Of a stretch of 64,000 bases of DNA, positions 37,958 to 51,912 are shown piece after piece. A program made the translations under genes and the position numbers. Each line of letters starts with the position of its first letter. Within the stretch, counting starts at the first letter, position 1. The stretch is from Felis catus (Eukaryota): contig NC_058368.1 in NCBI RefSeq assembly GCF_018350175.1, positions 130,388,001 through 130,452,000 on the forward strand, read 5' to 3'. A model generated the notes under the pieces. It was not told the origin of the DNA and ran no database searches. It saw nothing but the letters and a program-made list of their open reading frames with translations.

Positions 37958-38278
37958 TTAAAAAATTTTTTTTAAATATATGAAATTTATTGTCAAATTG
38001 GTTTCCATACAACACCCAGTGGTCATCCCAAAAGTTGCCCTCTTCAATACCCATCACCCACCCACCCCTCTCTCCCACCCCCCATCAGCCTTCAGTTTCT
38101 TCTCAATTTTTAAGAGTCTCTTATGCTTTGGCTCTCTTCTACTCTAACCTCTTTTTTTTTTTTCCTTCCCCTCCCCCATGGGTTTCTGTTAAGTTTCTCA
38201 GGATCCACATAAGAGTGAAATCATATGGTATCTGTGTTTCTCTGTATGGCTTATTTCACTTAGCATAACACTCTCCAG
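37958..38278 (-). mobile_element. Felid L1 3' end, 5'-truncated
   Basis: Near-identical to 27885-28200, with degenerate TSD GTGCTACCTACTTT / GTACTACCCGCTTT. Confidence 0.95.
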
Positions 38279-38613
38279 GTACTACCCGCTTTAGACACAG
38301 GGCCATGTTGCTGTTCCCCAAGTGCTTTTCCCTGTCCCCTAACTTAGGTTCATGATGAGTTTGCCTTTCTCTCAGCTGATTAGGCAAATTTATAGTCATT
38401 CTTTAAGGCCCAATTCTTATGTTACATCTTATTTGTTATCTTTTTTGGCTCATCCATCTGCCTACTTTCTTAATTAACCTCTCCTTCTGGGTTTTCATAA
38501 CAATTTGTTACCATTTATCGCACTTTGTTTTATAGTTAATTATCAGCATTTCTCAAAATAGGCTTTAAGTTCCTTGAGGACAGAGCCCATATTTTATTCA
38601 TCTCTGAACTATT

Positions 38614-38842
38614 TTTTAAAATTAAAATTATTTTTTTTATTTAGAGAGAGAAATAACGTGTGCGGGAGAGGGAAGAAAGAGAGGGAAGAAAGAGGGGAAG
38701 AAAGAGAGAATCTCAAGCAAGCTCCATACTTAGCATGGAGTACGACATGGGGCTCCATCCCATGACTCTGGGATCATGACCTGAGCCCATGCTATAGTAT
38801 CAAGAGTTGGAAGCTCATCCTACTGAGCTACTTCGGTGCCCC
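38614..38842 (-). mobile_element. Older CAN-SINE
   Basis: GAGAGAATCTCAAGCA...GATCATGACCTGAGC...GGTGCCCC with TSD TCTCTGAA(C/T)TATT. Confidence 0.92.
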
Positions 38843-38964
38843 TTGTCTCTGAATTATTAGTACTGAGTGTAGTGCTGGGTACTTACTTGGTGCTAAATAA
38901 ATTTGTGTATCAATTTATAATAAATAATTGTTTAAAAACAAATTTTATCATATTTAATACAGTA

Positions 38965-39120
38965 AACCTGTAACATAGGTATTTCTGATCCCTCATTTAC
39001 AGATAAACAAACTGAGCCCTAAAGAAGTAAAAATACTTTTCCATGGCCTGTTTAGCATGAGAGCCAGTACGTAAACCCAGGATCCCTATCTGTAAACCCT
39101 GATTTTAGTCCTCTGTACTG
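38965..39120 (-). mobile_element. MIR
   Basis: CCTCATTTACAGATAAACAAACTGAGCCCTAAAGAAGT core. Confidence 0.65.
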
Positions 39121-40157
39121 GACTGCACATAAGCAGAGGTATAATTGGAAATTTGGTACAGTGCCCAATTTTGATAAAACAAGCATTTCTGGTTAGATGT
39201 TGTTCATATTGAGGGATTATCAATGTCCAAAGTATTGTCCATCATCCCTAGTGTTTTCTGTATCTGAAGCACATAAATTCTACCATATTTATGTGTGGAG
39301 TAACAATAGACCCTGTGTGGAATTGAATATAAATGATGTTTAAAAATTATTGATTGTGTAATGGAATCTAGTCAAAGGAATTTTGCTGTGCTTAGTCATT
39401 TTCTCTTTCTATCCCCAATCCTCACAATATGTTGCTGAGTATTGATGAAAAAAAAATGCACACAACTTGGTTGGTTCCTAGAATTAGTCCATACTGTTAC
39501 TGGAGGGAGGTATGGAAAATCTTTTCTTCTTCCAGATTCTTTCCTCTATGACCTGAAAATCCTCCCATTAAAGTCATTAGTAGCAGACCACAAACATGGA
39601 CATTTCTTTTAGGAGGTCTTGGAGTATATCTCTTTGTATTGTCCACATTTACTTTTTGGAGTAGCTATTACTTGTCTTATCTACAGCTAATATAGGGTCT
39701 CACCTTTAATTATTAGCTCTGAATTAATCTAGACTGCTTAGTAAACAGATAGTCTTCAGCCTTGTTTGCTTTCCTTTCTTAATCCAGGTACTTAAAAGAA
39801 CAGAGGACAAGTTGGCAGTTTAGAACTCTAATTTAGTAGAGATGGTCAAAGACCCCCAAGCTAATGGACCCTATTAAGGTCTACCTTTCCTTTCTGATAG
39901 TCCCAATATACCTCCAACATCGGTTACTAAGCCCTGCGTTGTCAAGTCTTCCCAACTCCTCACTCAAACATTCTGTTTTCTGTTGCCCACTTCATATTCT
40001 AGCAAAAACTGTTCCTTACTAATTTAAGAGCATCTAGCTTTAATACCATCTAGATACACAGCTTTTGATGATTTTAACTTCTGAATTCTGCTTCAGCTTG
40101 TAATGGCAATGACTGATGTTTACTTAAGCACCAAGCACTTTAAGTATTTTAATGAAA

Positions 40158-40662
40158 GTAGTAGATCAATTGGAAATACAGCCTTGATTCTTTTATAGTC
40201 TCCCAGTCTCACCCCTCTCTCAGGTATGCACATCTATTTTCCTACCAAGAAGTGAAGTTTATTTCTCCATCTCTCAAATCTAGGATCGTACATTTTGCTT
40301 TGGACTACAGAATGTACTTGAGTTGCCAGTGTGCTGGTTCTGAGTGAAGGCCTCAAGGGTCCTTTCTCTTGGAGCTCCACCACTGTCATGTGAAGAAACC
40401 TGGACTAGCTGTTGGATGATGAGATCCATGTGGAAGAGAGGCCAAGTGTCCTCGCTAGGACCATCTTAGGCCAGATTATACCAGCTAACCCCCAAAATTG
40501 TAAGAGAGCTGCCTGTTCAATACACAACTAATTGTGGATGTAACAGTGAGCCCAGCTGACACTAACCAAAACACCCATATGTTCCATAGACTCCAAGAAT
40601 AATGCATGGTTATTGTTTTAAGTCATTGGATTTTGGGTGGTTTGTTTCACAGCAATAGGAAA
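40158..40662 (+). mobile_element. MaLR LTR (MLT1G/H-like) abutting the NUMT
   Basis: TTTATTTCTCCATC, GGCCTCAAG, CATGTGAAGAAACCTGGACTAGC and the 3' end TGTTTTAAGTCA...TTTTGGGTGGTTTGTT..ACAGCAATAG. Confidence 0.75.
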
Positions 40663-40695
40663 TTACAGTCTAATGCTTTACTCAGCTATTTTACC
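40663..40695 (-). pseudogene. MT-TY: NUMT: 5' half of mitochondrial tRNA-Tyr, truncated just after the GTA anticodon
   Basis: Minus strand GGTAAAATAGCTGAGTAAAGCATTAGACTGTAA lies directly upstream of the COX1 ATG, as in vertebrate mtDNA gene order. Confidence 0.88.
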
Positions 40696-40696
40696 T

Positions 40697-42399
<1,703 letters not shown>

Positions 42400-42520
42400 G
42401 GCTGAGGAAATTTAGGGTTAGCAACATTAAGTTCCTTATTCAACTTCTCACCATAAGTGATAGGGTCAGGATTTGAGCCAAGATGGTCTTAACTAGAGTT
42501 TGAATACTTAAATATTATGT
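42400..42520 (-). mobile_element. MIR fragment at the NUMT right junction
   Basis: GCTGAGGAAATTTAGGGTTAG...TAAGTGATAGGGTCAGGATTTGAGCCAAG. Confidence 0.55.
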
Positions 42521-44262
42521 AACCCTGTTCCCATTCAGGGGCATATAATTTATAACTTAATTCATGGACTCATTACATCTTTAAGAGAAATAATTTAGTT
42601 CACCCTCCTTGATTTCTATTTGAGGAGATAGAGACCCAGAGTTTACTGATTTGTCCAAAGTTATAAAGTCACACCATAGTCTGAAGGTTTTTTTTTATTT
42701 CTCCTTAGTAACTCATAATTTATCTTTCTTGGTCAAGAGCATGTCTTTTTCTGTTGGGTAATTGCGAGTTTCTTGAGATTTTGTTCTTTGTCTATGTCTG
42801 CCTGGGTATCCAGCACAGTGCTGAGCTCTTCAAGGGTTTAGAGCATATTTATTAACTGACTAATTGTTTGCGTGCTTGAATTTATTTGCTTCTTAAATCT
42901 TCATTACTTGGGTAGCAGGCAAAGTGGCCATGGCTAGCAATACCATAGCGGGGGAAGGCTGGCCAGCCAGCCAGTATGAAGGCTGTCTGCTCAGGCTTAT
43001 ATCCACATGGAAATTCTCATCCTCTGCAGTTTTTATATTTCTCTCCTAGGAGGTACAACATCTTTGTTTGCTGAATTAACAGGGCTGTATTTTGTCAATG
43101 TACCTGATAAAGAAAATTGCCCTCTCATTTGGGAGAAACTTCTTCTATGAGACTAGATTTAAGTTCCAGACTTTTGCATTCATATATTGCTTACTAAGCA
43201 ACTGTCCTTTAAGCCCTGAGACAAATTTAAGCAAAAGTCATTTGGATAAGATCACGTAGCATCCAATTCAACCAAGTCTTTAAATTTTGGCTATTTCTAT
43301 AAGCCAGGGAATTCAGCTATGAGATAGAATCAGTTAAACTGATGATATGAAAGGTAGACATGCTCTGGGGCAAAAGGCTTTAAATATCCATTTTTTTCCT
43401 ATTTCTTGCTCTTATCCTTTGCAGAATAGCATGGCAAAGCAAAATTAGTGATTTTCTTTCTATCATACTGCACATCCTCCGTGAAATCTCACAGCAGACA
43501 CTCGTAGTCATTCCACAGTGCCACTAAAGATTTTTGATATGCTTAGGGAAAAAGATTGTGCTTCCTTCACACTTGCTTCTTTCCCTTGATTTGCTCCTGT
43601 CTGCTCCTATATAATATATGTGGATTAATGACAGATTTTCTAGAGATTGGAGATGGATTTCTAGTCATATGATAGGGTAACAGCAGAGGCTGGTATAATT
43701 TTAGGCCAATTAAATGTAAAATGTAAAACTGTTATTTTGTTTTTAATTTTCTTGAGAAAAATTGGGGAACTATAAATCGCCTCATTAATCTGAAAATGTG
43801 ATCATCTTTTAGAAATTAGGTTGCGTTTTTAACATTTGAGTGTCAAACATTCAACTTTTAAATTGTTAATATTTCAGGATAGTTTAGGAGAAAGTACTAG
43901 ATTAAATAATAAGGTAGGGTGGGTGATCAAATTCCTTCTACTATCATTCTCTATAGACTTCACTTTCTTAAAAGCATCCTGTTTCCTTTACTGAGATGGG
44001 CTACTCTTTTTCTGCCTTTCTTTGCTCTCTTGCCAACTGGAATCAGACCAAGGCTACGATAAGAGATCACACACTGGCTGACATCAAGAAGTGAAACCGA
44101 ATCTCATTAAAATTCTCCTTCTCATTAAAGAAAAAAAATGGTGCAAATGTGGTTCTACTGTCTCTGTTTTGGGCAAACAAATATAAAAGTAGCATTCTCA
44201 TTAGTCAGATGCATTTAACTTCTTCGAGGCACGTCAAATTCTGCAGCATACTGGGTTGTTAG

Positions 44263-44265
<3 letters not shown>

Positions 44266-44316
<51 letters not shown>

Positions 44317-44322
44317 ACGTGC
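44266..44322. repeat. (TG)20(CG)4 alternating purine-pyrimidine tract
   Basis: 57 bp of uninterrupted R/Y alternation, seen directly. Confidence 0.95.
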
Positions 44323-44769
44323 CAGCATCTGTGGTGCTGAGAAGTCAACAGGGAAAGGGCAGAAAAAGGATTTCCTCCTGAATGCTGCTTTTTTGCCTCA
44401 ATGTTTCTCAGGTGATTGTAACTAGACAGGAAGCCCTGGTGTTGGCATTTCACCATCATCGTTCTACTGTAGAGGGATAGCAAAACTTGCTTTCACCTTT
44501 GGCTTTTCAGCTGCTGAGAAAAGGAATTATTTTTCTGAGAGATTACGCTCAAAAAAATGGTGACAAAACTGATGGGTGTTAAGTATCCATAATAAAAAAA
44601 AAAGTAGAATTAGTCAAGCCACATATTCATTGAAATTTAATAAAAAATCTCCCTCTGTAAAATGTATAACTTTATCATTTTGGCATGGGAAATCAGAACA
44701 TAACTACTCTGTTTACCAGAGAAATGTTTTAAGGACCACTGAAAGCTTGTTGCATCCTCCTAACATGAC

Positions 44770-44890
44770 CATTAACAGGCCTCAAGTCCTTGCTGGCTGT
44801 TGGCCAAAGACAGCAGTTCCTCATTCTTTGAGTTTCTCCATAGGGCAGTTCACAACGTGGCAGCTTGCCTTTCTCACAGTGTGGGAGAGG

Positions 44891-44952
<62 letters not shown>

Positions 44953-45103
44953 TTGTGCCAGATGCCAGCCTCTTTGTAACCTAGTCTTAGAAGGAGTTTC
45001 TCATTACCTTTCTGTATTCTGTTCATTAGAAGTGAACTGCTCACTTCTGCTCCCTCAAGGAGAGCAAATTCTATAAGCACCATTTTAGAGGCTACTTACC
45101 ACA
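44770..45103 (-). mobile_element. MaLR LTR fragment (MLT1E/F-like) containing (GA)n at ~44895-44949
   Basis: CCTTGCTGGCTGTTGGCC, CTCCATAGGGCAG..CACAACGTGGCAGCTTGC, TATTCTGTTCATTAGAAG and CTACTTACCACA end. Confidence 0.75.
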
Positions 45104-45239
45104 AACTGTATGATTCATAAAATTGGATTTCAGGAGTTATTAGACGTTTTGTGGGAAGTTTGTCTTTTTACACACTGACTATTATAAAATATTGACATTT
45201 TAGTTTATTTTCATGGCACTCATATTCTGCATTCGATTT

Positions 45240-45458
45240 ATTTTATTTTTATTTTATTTTTAAAATATTTACTTATTTTGAGAGAGAGAAAGAGTGGGAA
45301 AGGGAGTGGGGGAGGGGCAGAGAGAGAAGGAGAGAGAGAATCCAAAGCACTCTCTGTACTGTTAGTGCAGAGCTCATGTGTGGCTCAATCTCACTAACTG
45401 TGAGATCATGACCTGAGCTGAAATCAAGAGCTGGCCTTAATGAACTGAGCCCCCCAGG
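45240..45458 (-). mobile_element. Older CAN-SINE
   Basis: GGGGCAGAGAGAGAAGGAGAGAGAGAATCC...GAGATCATGACCTGAGCTGAAATCAAGAG. Confidence 0.92.
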
Positions 45459-45599
45459 ATACTTATTTTAAAGTGTCTTCTTAGATCTATGAGTCTTGAT
45501 TCATCAACATAGGAAAGGTTATGTAAATGTGTCATTAGACATTATGCTCTTATGGTTCTAAAACATGAGTTATTTATGGCCTCTAATAACTGAAAACTA

Positions 45600-47110
45600 T
45601 TGCAAAATATAGAAGTGGTGAAAATCAACTTAATTTTATAAAGCAAACATAATTTCAGTACCAAGTCTTAATAAAGGTAGTATAAAATAAAACTCTGAAC
45701 TAATCTCACATACATATACAGATACAAATCTTGAATAGCAAATCAAATTCAACAGGGTGTTAAAAGAACAATACATATATTATTTCAGGAATACATTTGG
45801 CTATCAACATAATGCATTATGTCTGTAAATTAGAAAAAAAAAACTTTTATGCTTATATAAAGTTTACATAGAGTATCCCACCCATTTAAAGAAAAGAAGG
45901 TTTAATAAGCTATAGCAAAGATTTTGATCTAAAGTGAAACTTAAGGTCAGCACTTGGGTGGCTTAGTTGGATGAGCCTCCAACTCTTGATTTCACCTCAG
46001 GTCATGATCCCAGGGTCATGATATCGAGTCCCGCATAGGGCTCTGTGCTGAGTGTGAATCTGCTTGAGATTCTTTCTCTCCCCCTCAGCCCCTATAAAAA
46101 ATAATAAATCTCTAAATAATAATTGTCTCTCTAAAAAATAATGAAAGAGAAACTTAAATAATAATAAGGAAAAATAAATAAATATGATAAAACTTTTTTC
46201 TATTCACCAAGAATAAATAACATTTGAAAGGTACAATAATAAAGCCATTTCTACTAAAATCCAGAAAAAAGACAATGTTTTCTACCATCAGTATGATTTA
46301 ACCTTGTTTTGGAATCACAATAAACTCAATAAGTCTCCAAAATGACATGTGTTATAATTGCTGAAAGAAGTAATTCATAATAACTAAGAAACTGTTGACA
46401 CTTTACTAAATGACTGTAATTTATAAGAGAACAGGAAGGTGGTTGTATAGAGAAATATACACTAATCTATTGCTTTTCTCTAAAACTACAAAAAATTCTT
46501 ATTTGTTATAGGGGATGGAACATATGTAGGGGTAAATTAATAAATAAGTTAAAGGTTCTATGAGAAAATACTATGCAAGGACATGAAACATGATGTAGTC
46601 AAATGAAACAATACAATATATATTTTAACAGGAAGCTAGGATATGGAAATATCAGTGTTTCCAAATTTACATATTACTTTAGTGTAATTCTAATAACACT
46701 CAAAATGGTTTAATTTTAGAACTGGATAAAATTGTCTTAAATTTCAAATGGCACAATAACTAAGAATAGCCGTGAATATTTTATAAACAGAGTGACCAAT
46801 GTGGATTTGCTTTACTAGGTGTTAAAATACATTGTCAAGCTACCGTAATAAACTAGTATTTTTTGATACAGAATTGGGCATACAGATTGCTGGAGAAGAA
46901 TAGAGAGTTTAGAAACAGGTTAAAGAATATTTGATAACTTAATGTAAGACAGTGTTGCTTTTTTCAATTCACTAGACAGATAGAGACTTATTTAATAGGC
47001 CATGCTAACACAGTGATCCATCCACCCAGAAAAAAAGAAATTTGAACCAGTACTGCATGTCATTTCTAAAACTATATTCCAGACAGAGCAAATATCTAAG
47101 CATAATAAAA
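45600..47110 (+). mobile_element. Old, highly decayed L1 ORF2 region
   Basis: ATAGCAAATCAAATTCAACAG, CTACTAAAATCCAGAAAAAAGACAATG, AAGAATAGCC, GAATAGAGAGTTTAGAAACAG. Confidence 0.65.
45945..46143 (+). mobile_element. Older CAN-SINE
   Basis: GCACTTGGGTGGCTTAGTTGG...CTCAGGTCATGATCCCAGGGTC with TSD AAAG(T/A)GAAACTTAA. Confidence 0.9.
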
Positions 47111-47256
47111 ACATCTTTTGTGGGTTAGGATTATCTATATTACTATAAATGTCTTTTTATATAACCATACAATATCTGTCATTTATATATATTTATAAGA
47201 ATAGCATATAAATACTAGAGAACTAGACAGCTATTAAAAACAATGAGTTAGATAAA

Positions 47257-47520
47257 GACACAAAACATAAATGATGGTTTCCAGGGACTGGGGGTAGAAA
47301 GAGGTAGGGAGTTGTTGGGTGGGTGTAAAGTTTCATGTAGAGTTTAAGTTACACAGTATGGGAGAGTTCTGGGGATCTCTTGAACAACTGTGTGCGTGCG
47401 GTTGACACTGTTATACTGTACGCTAGGATATGGTTGGGAGGGTGAATTTTATGTCATATGTTTATTTTTTCACAATAAAAAATTGAGAGAAACAAATAAA
47501 CACAACGCCCTCTCCCCTCA
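47257..47520 (+). mobile_element. L1MA/L1MB-like 3' end
   Basis: TGGTTTCCAGGGACTGGGG...GAGTTCTGGGGATCT...CACAATAAAAA, flanked by AA(A/C)CAATGAGTTA(G/A)ATAA duplicates. Confidence 0.75.
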
Positions 47521-47751
47521 AAACCAATGAGTTAAATAAGTATGTTTTGACCTTGAGTGATAATCATGATACATGTGAAATGAGAGCTCCCATGAAGGCA
47601 TAATTCGTATCTGTCTTATCCACAGCTATATCCTCATTGTCTGGAACACGTAGTATGCTTAATCATTGGTGAATGAATTTATACATTATTAAAATAAAAC
47701 AAATGCATACAGGTTTTGTAAAAAAATCCTATGTTTTAGTACCCACATTTT

Positions 47752-47952
47752 ATTTTCTTAAATTAATTTATCTTTTTTGAGAGAGCACACGCATGCATGA
47801 GTGGGGAGGGGGCAGAGAGAGGGAATCCCAAGCAGGCTCCGCTTTGTTGGTGCAGAGTCCGATGCGGGGCTCAAACTCACGATCTGTGAGTTCATGACCT
47901 GAGCCGAACTCAAGAGGTGGACACTTACCTGACTGAGCCACCCAGGTGCCCC
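47752..47952 (-). mobile_element. CAN-SINE
   Basis: Body with TSD AGT(A/G)CCCACATTTT. Confidence 0.95.
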
Positions 47953-47996
47953 TGAGTGCCCACATTTTAATGAGTATGTAGAAAGATGGAAAAGGA

Positions 47997-47999
47997 GTA

Positions 48000-48050
<51 letters not shown>
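47997..48050. repeat. (GT)n microsatellite
   Basis: Seen directly. Confidence 0.95.
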
Positions 48051-48051
<1 letters not shown>

Positions 48052-48619
48052 GTATATACACAGAAATATCAGCTTATTAACATTAAGTAATAGGATAGTA
48101 TTGAGGGAGGAGAAGTATTTGTAATTACTAATGAAGTTTAGTCTCCTAATTACGAATGTAATTACTCTAATTCTCCATTTTGCCCTACGATGACCCAGAC
48201 CATATCAAGACTCTAGACTTCTCAAACTGCCTTGCTTCTTTTCTTTGAATTTCCTATATATTCTTATGTATGACATTTACAGTAGTATTTCACACATGCT
48301 TAATGTCATCCTTAGTGTTCTCCATTTTTATATATACATGTAAATTTTTCTCATCAGGCTCCAAGTAGTTCATTGAAGATAATTCAAGGTAGCAATAAAT
48401 ACTGAGTCTTGAACTGAAATGGATTGTAGTTGTATACCCCTTTTGAGGACGAGCAGTCCTATGACACGAGAACTCCAGAAGTACAAATAGGAAGCTCATA
48501 ATGAGATTTAATGAAAATTCTAAAGAATGCAGGCACAGCTGAAATAAAGGGCAACCACTTACTAGAAAGCGCATAGATCCCAAGATCCACACCTCATTGG
48601 AAATGGCACCATCTTGGCT

Positions 48620-49305
48620 CACTGGGTAGGGAGCCTGCTCACTGCCTCAGTGGTGAGACTTGCTGGAAATCTGCCCTCTAGGAAGTCAAGGGAGACCACC
48701 CACTAAAAGGCCCAATGTCTTAAAACTTACTTGGTACTGGGAAGCTGGGAAGTTGTTGGGCACTGGGTGGTACTGGCTGCTGGAGAGGCTGCTGTGTGCA
48801 AAAACACAATGTACTTATGTGCAGAACTCCAGCCAGTGTGGCCCAGGAGAAGGTCCGACTAGGACTTATTACACCTCTAGCCTCATACGGCCTCCTGTGT
48901 GGGTGCATAGACATTGGACTAAGGAGAGGGGCTGGGGCTGAGCACATACCCAGACTGCCCTCAGCTCCCAGCTACACTGTGGACAATGCTGGAATAGAGA
49001 GCTAGAGAAAACACTGGGATGGGTGGGGTGGAGGGTAGCAAATTCTGGAGAAAGCTGTGTTCTTCTGGAAGATATTATTAGAGAAATTGTGTGAAATAGC
49101 AGTGAGGAAAAAGTACTGAGGAAGGGTCTGTGGTGGCAACCTCACCAAAACCCTGAGGAGAAAATCCCTCGCCCTTCAGTGTCCCTCCAGTGCCCTCTGA
49201 TGACAAGGTTTAACATTGTTGGTTGGAGGCAAGAAAAGGAAGAATGCTTACCAGGTCCAGATCCATTATCAGGGTCAGGCATAAGGTGTGCATTTAGTGC
49301 TGATG
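48620..49305. mobile_element. Probable old LTR (LTR78/LTR79-like)
   Basis: CTTCAGTGTCCCTCCAGTGCCCTCT..TGACAAGGTTTAACATTG...TCCATTATCA motif recalled from that family. Confidence 0.5.
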
Positions 49306-49570
49306 TGTTTCTTTACTAATATTTATAATTGCTTTCTTTCATCTTTATTCTTTTGATTGTTTGATTATTTATCACAGTTTTGGTTTTACTGATTTTTCTC
49401 TATTTTTCTGTATTATATTTTATTGGTTCCTGCTCTTAATTTTATTATATCTTTATTTCTGCCTCCTTTGGCTTTAAGTTTCTTACATTCTCTAATTTCT
49501 TAAGTTAAATCTTTAATACTGTAAGTTCTTTCTTCTTTCCTTATATGTGTTCAAAGCTATAGATTTTTTT

Positions 49571-49800
49571 TACTTTTTTTTTTTTTAATTTTTTTTTCAA
49601 CGTTTATTTATTTTTGGGACAGAGAGAGACAGAGCATGAACGGGGGAGGGGCAGAGAGAGAGGGAGACACAGAATCGGAAACAGGCTCCAGGCTCTGAGC
49701 CATCAGCCCAGAGCCCGACGCGGGGCTCGAACTCACGGACCGCGAGATCGTGACCTGGCTGAAGTCGGACGCTTAACCGACTGCGCCACCCAGGCGCCCC
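49571..49800 (-). mobile_element. Very young felid CAN-SINE
   Basis: CpGs intact, long A tail, TSD AAAGCTATAGATTTTTTT. Confidence 0.98.
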
Positions 49801-49835
49801 AAAGCTATAGATTTTTTTTAAGGGATTGATTAGGC

Positions 49836-50040
49836 TTCTTTTTTTTATGCTATTTTTGAGAGAGAGAGTGAGAGCGAGTGAGTGAGCAGAGGAGGGGCAG
49901 AAAGAGAAGGAGACAGACGATCCCAAGAGGACTCTGCACTAACAACAGAGAGTCCAGTGTGGTGCTTGAACTCATGAACAGTGAGATGACAACCTGAGCC
50001 AAAGTAAAAGGCCTAACAGACTGAGCCACCCAGGTGTTCC
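49836..50040 (-). mobile_element. Older CAN-SINE
   Basis: Diverged body ending GAGCCACCCAGGTGTTCC. Confidence 0.92.
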
Positions 50041-50378
50041 TAGATTATGTTTTAAATACCATGTTAGCTATTTTTGCACACATTTTGGTATCTTTGATAT
50101 TCTATATTTTCATGTTCATGTTTTATGCTTTTTCTAATTTCTCTTGTGGCTACTTCTTTGAAGCATGGGTTATTAGAAGTATGCTATTTAATTTCCAAAT
50201 ATTTAGGAATTTTCTAGATATTTTTCTGTAATTGATTTATGGTTTCATAGCATTATAATTATTTGTGCTATTATTGCCATACATTTGACTGGTGCATATG
50301 TTATAGGTAATAAATTATTATTTTTGTCTTAAAAATTCAATTATCTTTTAAAATGATTTCAAAATTGAGGAAAATGCC

Positions 50379-50491
50379 TGGGAGGGAGGGAAAAGTGGGT
50401 GATGGGCACTGAGGAAGGCACCTGTTGGGATGAGCACTGGCTGTTGTATGGAAACCAATTTGACAATAAATTTCATATTAAAAAAAAAAAA
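50379..50491 (+). mobile_element. Felid L1 3' tip with polyA
   Basis: GGGATGAGCACTGGCTGTTGTATGGAAACCAATTTGACAATAAATTTCATATTAAAAA, matching the reverse complement of the L1 tails at 27885 and 37958. Confidence 0.95.
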
Positions 50492-51208
50492 CAAATAGGA
50501 AGTTCATTCTTCCTGCAGGCAACAAAAGAATTGAGATCATAGATTTTCACTTGCCCAAGTACTGGTTAATAACTTTGAGCATGTGGAATAAGGCTTAGTT
50601 ATGAACTCTGTATAAGTGGGTTTGTAAGATGAAATGTGCAATTACACAACAATTAAATGAACTTCTTTTATTGTTTTATGTTTATTGTTCAGTATTATTC
50701 ATTATTATAAGCACACTCACTATATTGTCTAGCTTCTTCCCGGAACACCTCTGATAAAAGGGAACTCATTATACTCAAAGACAGCCTGTTCTGTTTTTGG
50801 ACAGCTCATTTTGTTGTAGGATAAAAGCATCACTGGGCCTATTTCCAAGCTGTAAGAACAAGATGACTTCTGTGGATGTTTGGAGACTAGAGTTTAGATC
50901 AGGGATTAATAATCAAGTTCTAGGAAGAGTGATGCAGAAATAGATTGGATTATCCCTGAAGCGACTGAAAGTTGACTATAAAGCTATTTGGGTATCATTA
51001 AAGGCCTAGGAGGCCAAAAGTAATCTTCCATCATGACCTCACTACGTAATAATGTACAGTGTTCTGGGTTTGATTGTCGGATTATGCTGAAAAAGGACAG
51101 CTATGGAGATGATTAAAGATGATGACAGATTTTCCAAGAAATATGTAAGAAAGTAGAATTATTTAGTTTAGGCTGGAAGGAGACTGAATGAGGGCGATGA
51201 TGGTGTTA

Positions 51209-51502
51209 CAGATTTACAATCCCTTTATCCATATGTTCACTCAAAACCACTATAAAAACAAGTATTCATAACTCATATAGCAAAATCCTAGCTATTGTGC
51301 GGTGGCAGTAATGTTATGTCTCTACCCCTTAGAGTGAATATTCATGTTTTGCTGCAGGAATACTGTATATCTGATCGTGGAATACTGCTCCAGACCTTGT
51401 TGAGGGCATTGGGTCATAGAAAATATGTGTGCCATATTACCTCTCTCAACTGTGAAAAAGTGTGAAGTTTGGTACACATCTGTTTCCAAGGCTTTTATCT
51501 TG
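51209..51502. mobile_element. TcMar-Tigger MITE (MER46C-like)
   Basis: TA|CAG..TACAATCCCTTTATCC start, GTGAATATTCAT..TTTGCTGCAG and ACACATCTG...CCAAGG end, flanked by TA. Confidence 0.65.
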
Positions 51503-51749
51503 TAGTTGATCATTTCCATATTTAGCTTTTATAAGGATAATCCTCTTCCAATTGTTCCTTATGTTTTTCATAAATTTGAGATACTTTGATATTTCAAAAT
51601 GATGATCCTTAAAAGCAAATGCCAAAGAATCCTCTAAACATGATAAGATTTCCTTATTCCTGCAATTAATTAAGAATTAGGTGCTTGGAGGGTGTGGGTG
51701 CTGGCAGGGGGCAGATGGGAAAAAGATGCTCGGCAGGCTATTTCAAGAG

Positions 51750-51912
51750 CAATAGTTGTTAACCAGTATTAGGTTATGGACCTCTTGCAAATCTTATGAA
51801 AGCAAACTTTTGACCCTCTCATAGAAAAAATACTAATGAATACAAGATTATGCATATATTTTCACAGTGTTCAAAGATACCATAAGTTTACATGGTCAAA
51901 AATTTGTCTTCT
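51750..51912. mobile_element. hAT-Charlie MITE (MER103/MER5C-like)
   Basis: ATGGACCTCTTGCAAATCTTATGAAAGC...GACCCTCTC..AGAAAAA...TGCATATATTTTCA. Confidence 0.55.

Larger units (their letters stand above)
37330..38910 (+). mobile_element. L2 LINE, interrupted by an L1 and a SINE
   Basis: CATTTCCATCTGGATATCC...AAACTCAAC...AACTGAACTCAT, TAAGTTCCTTGAGGACAGAG and GGTGCTAAATAAATTTGT. Confidence 0.65.
49320..50340 (-). mobile_element. Old L1 ORF2 fragment, interrupted by two SINEs
   Basis: T-rich antisense L1 sequence: CTGCTCTTAATTTTATTAT, AAAGCTATAGATTT, GGGTTATTAGAAGTATGCTATTTAATTTCCAAATATTT. Confidence 0.65.

Noticed and set aside
49016..49035. G-quadruplex motif GGGATGGGTGGGGTGGAGGG (also 50380-50399)
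   Set aside because: A common motif lying inside repeat-derived sequence, with nothing pointing to function.
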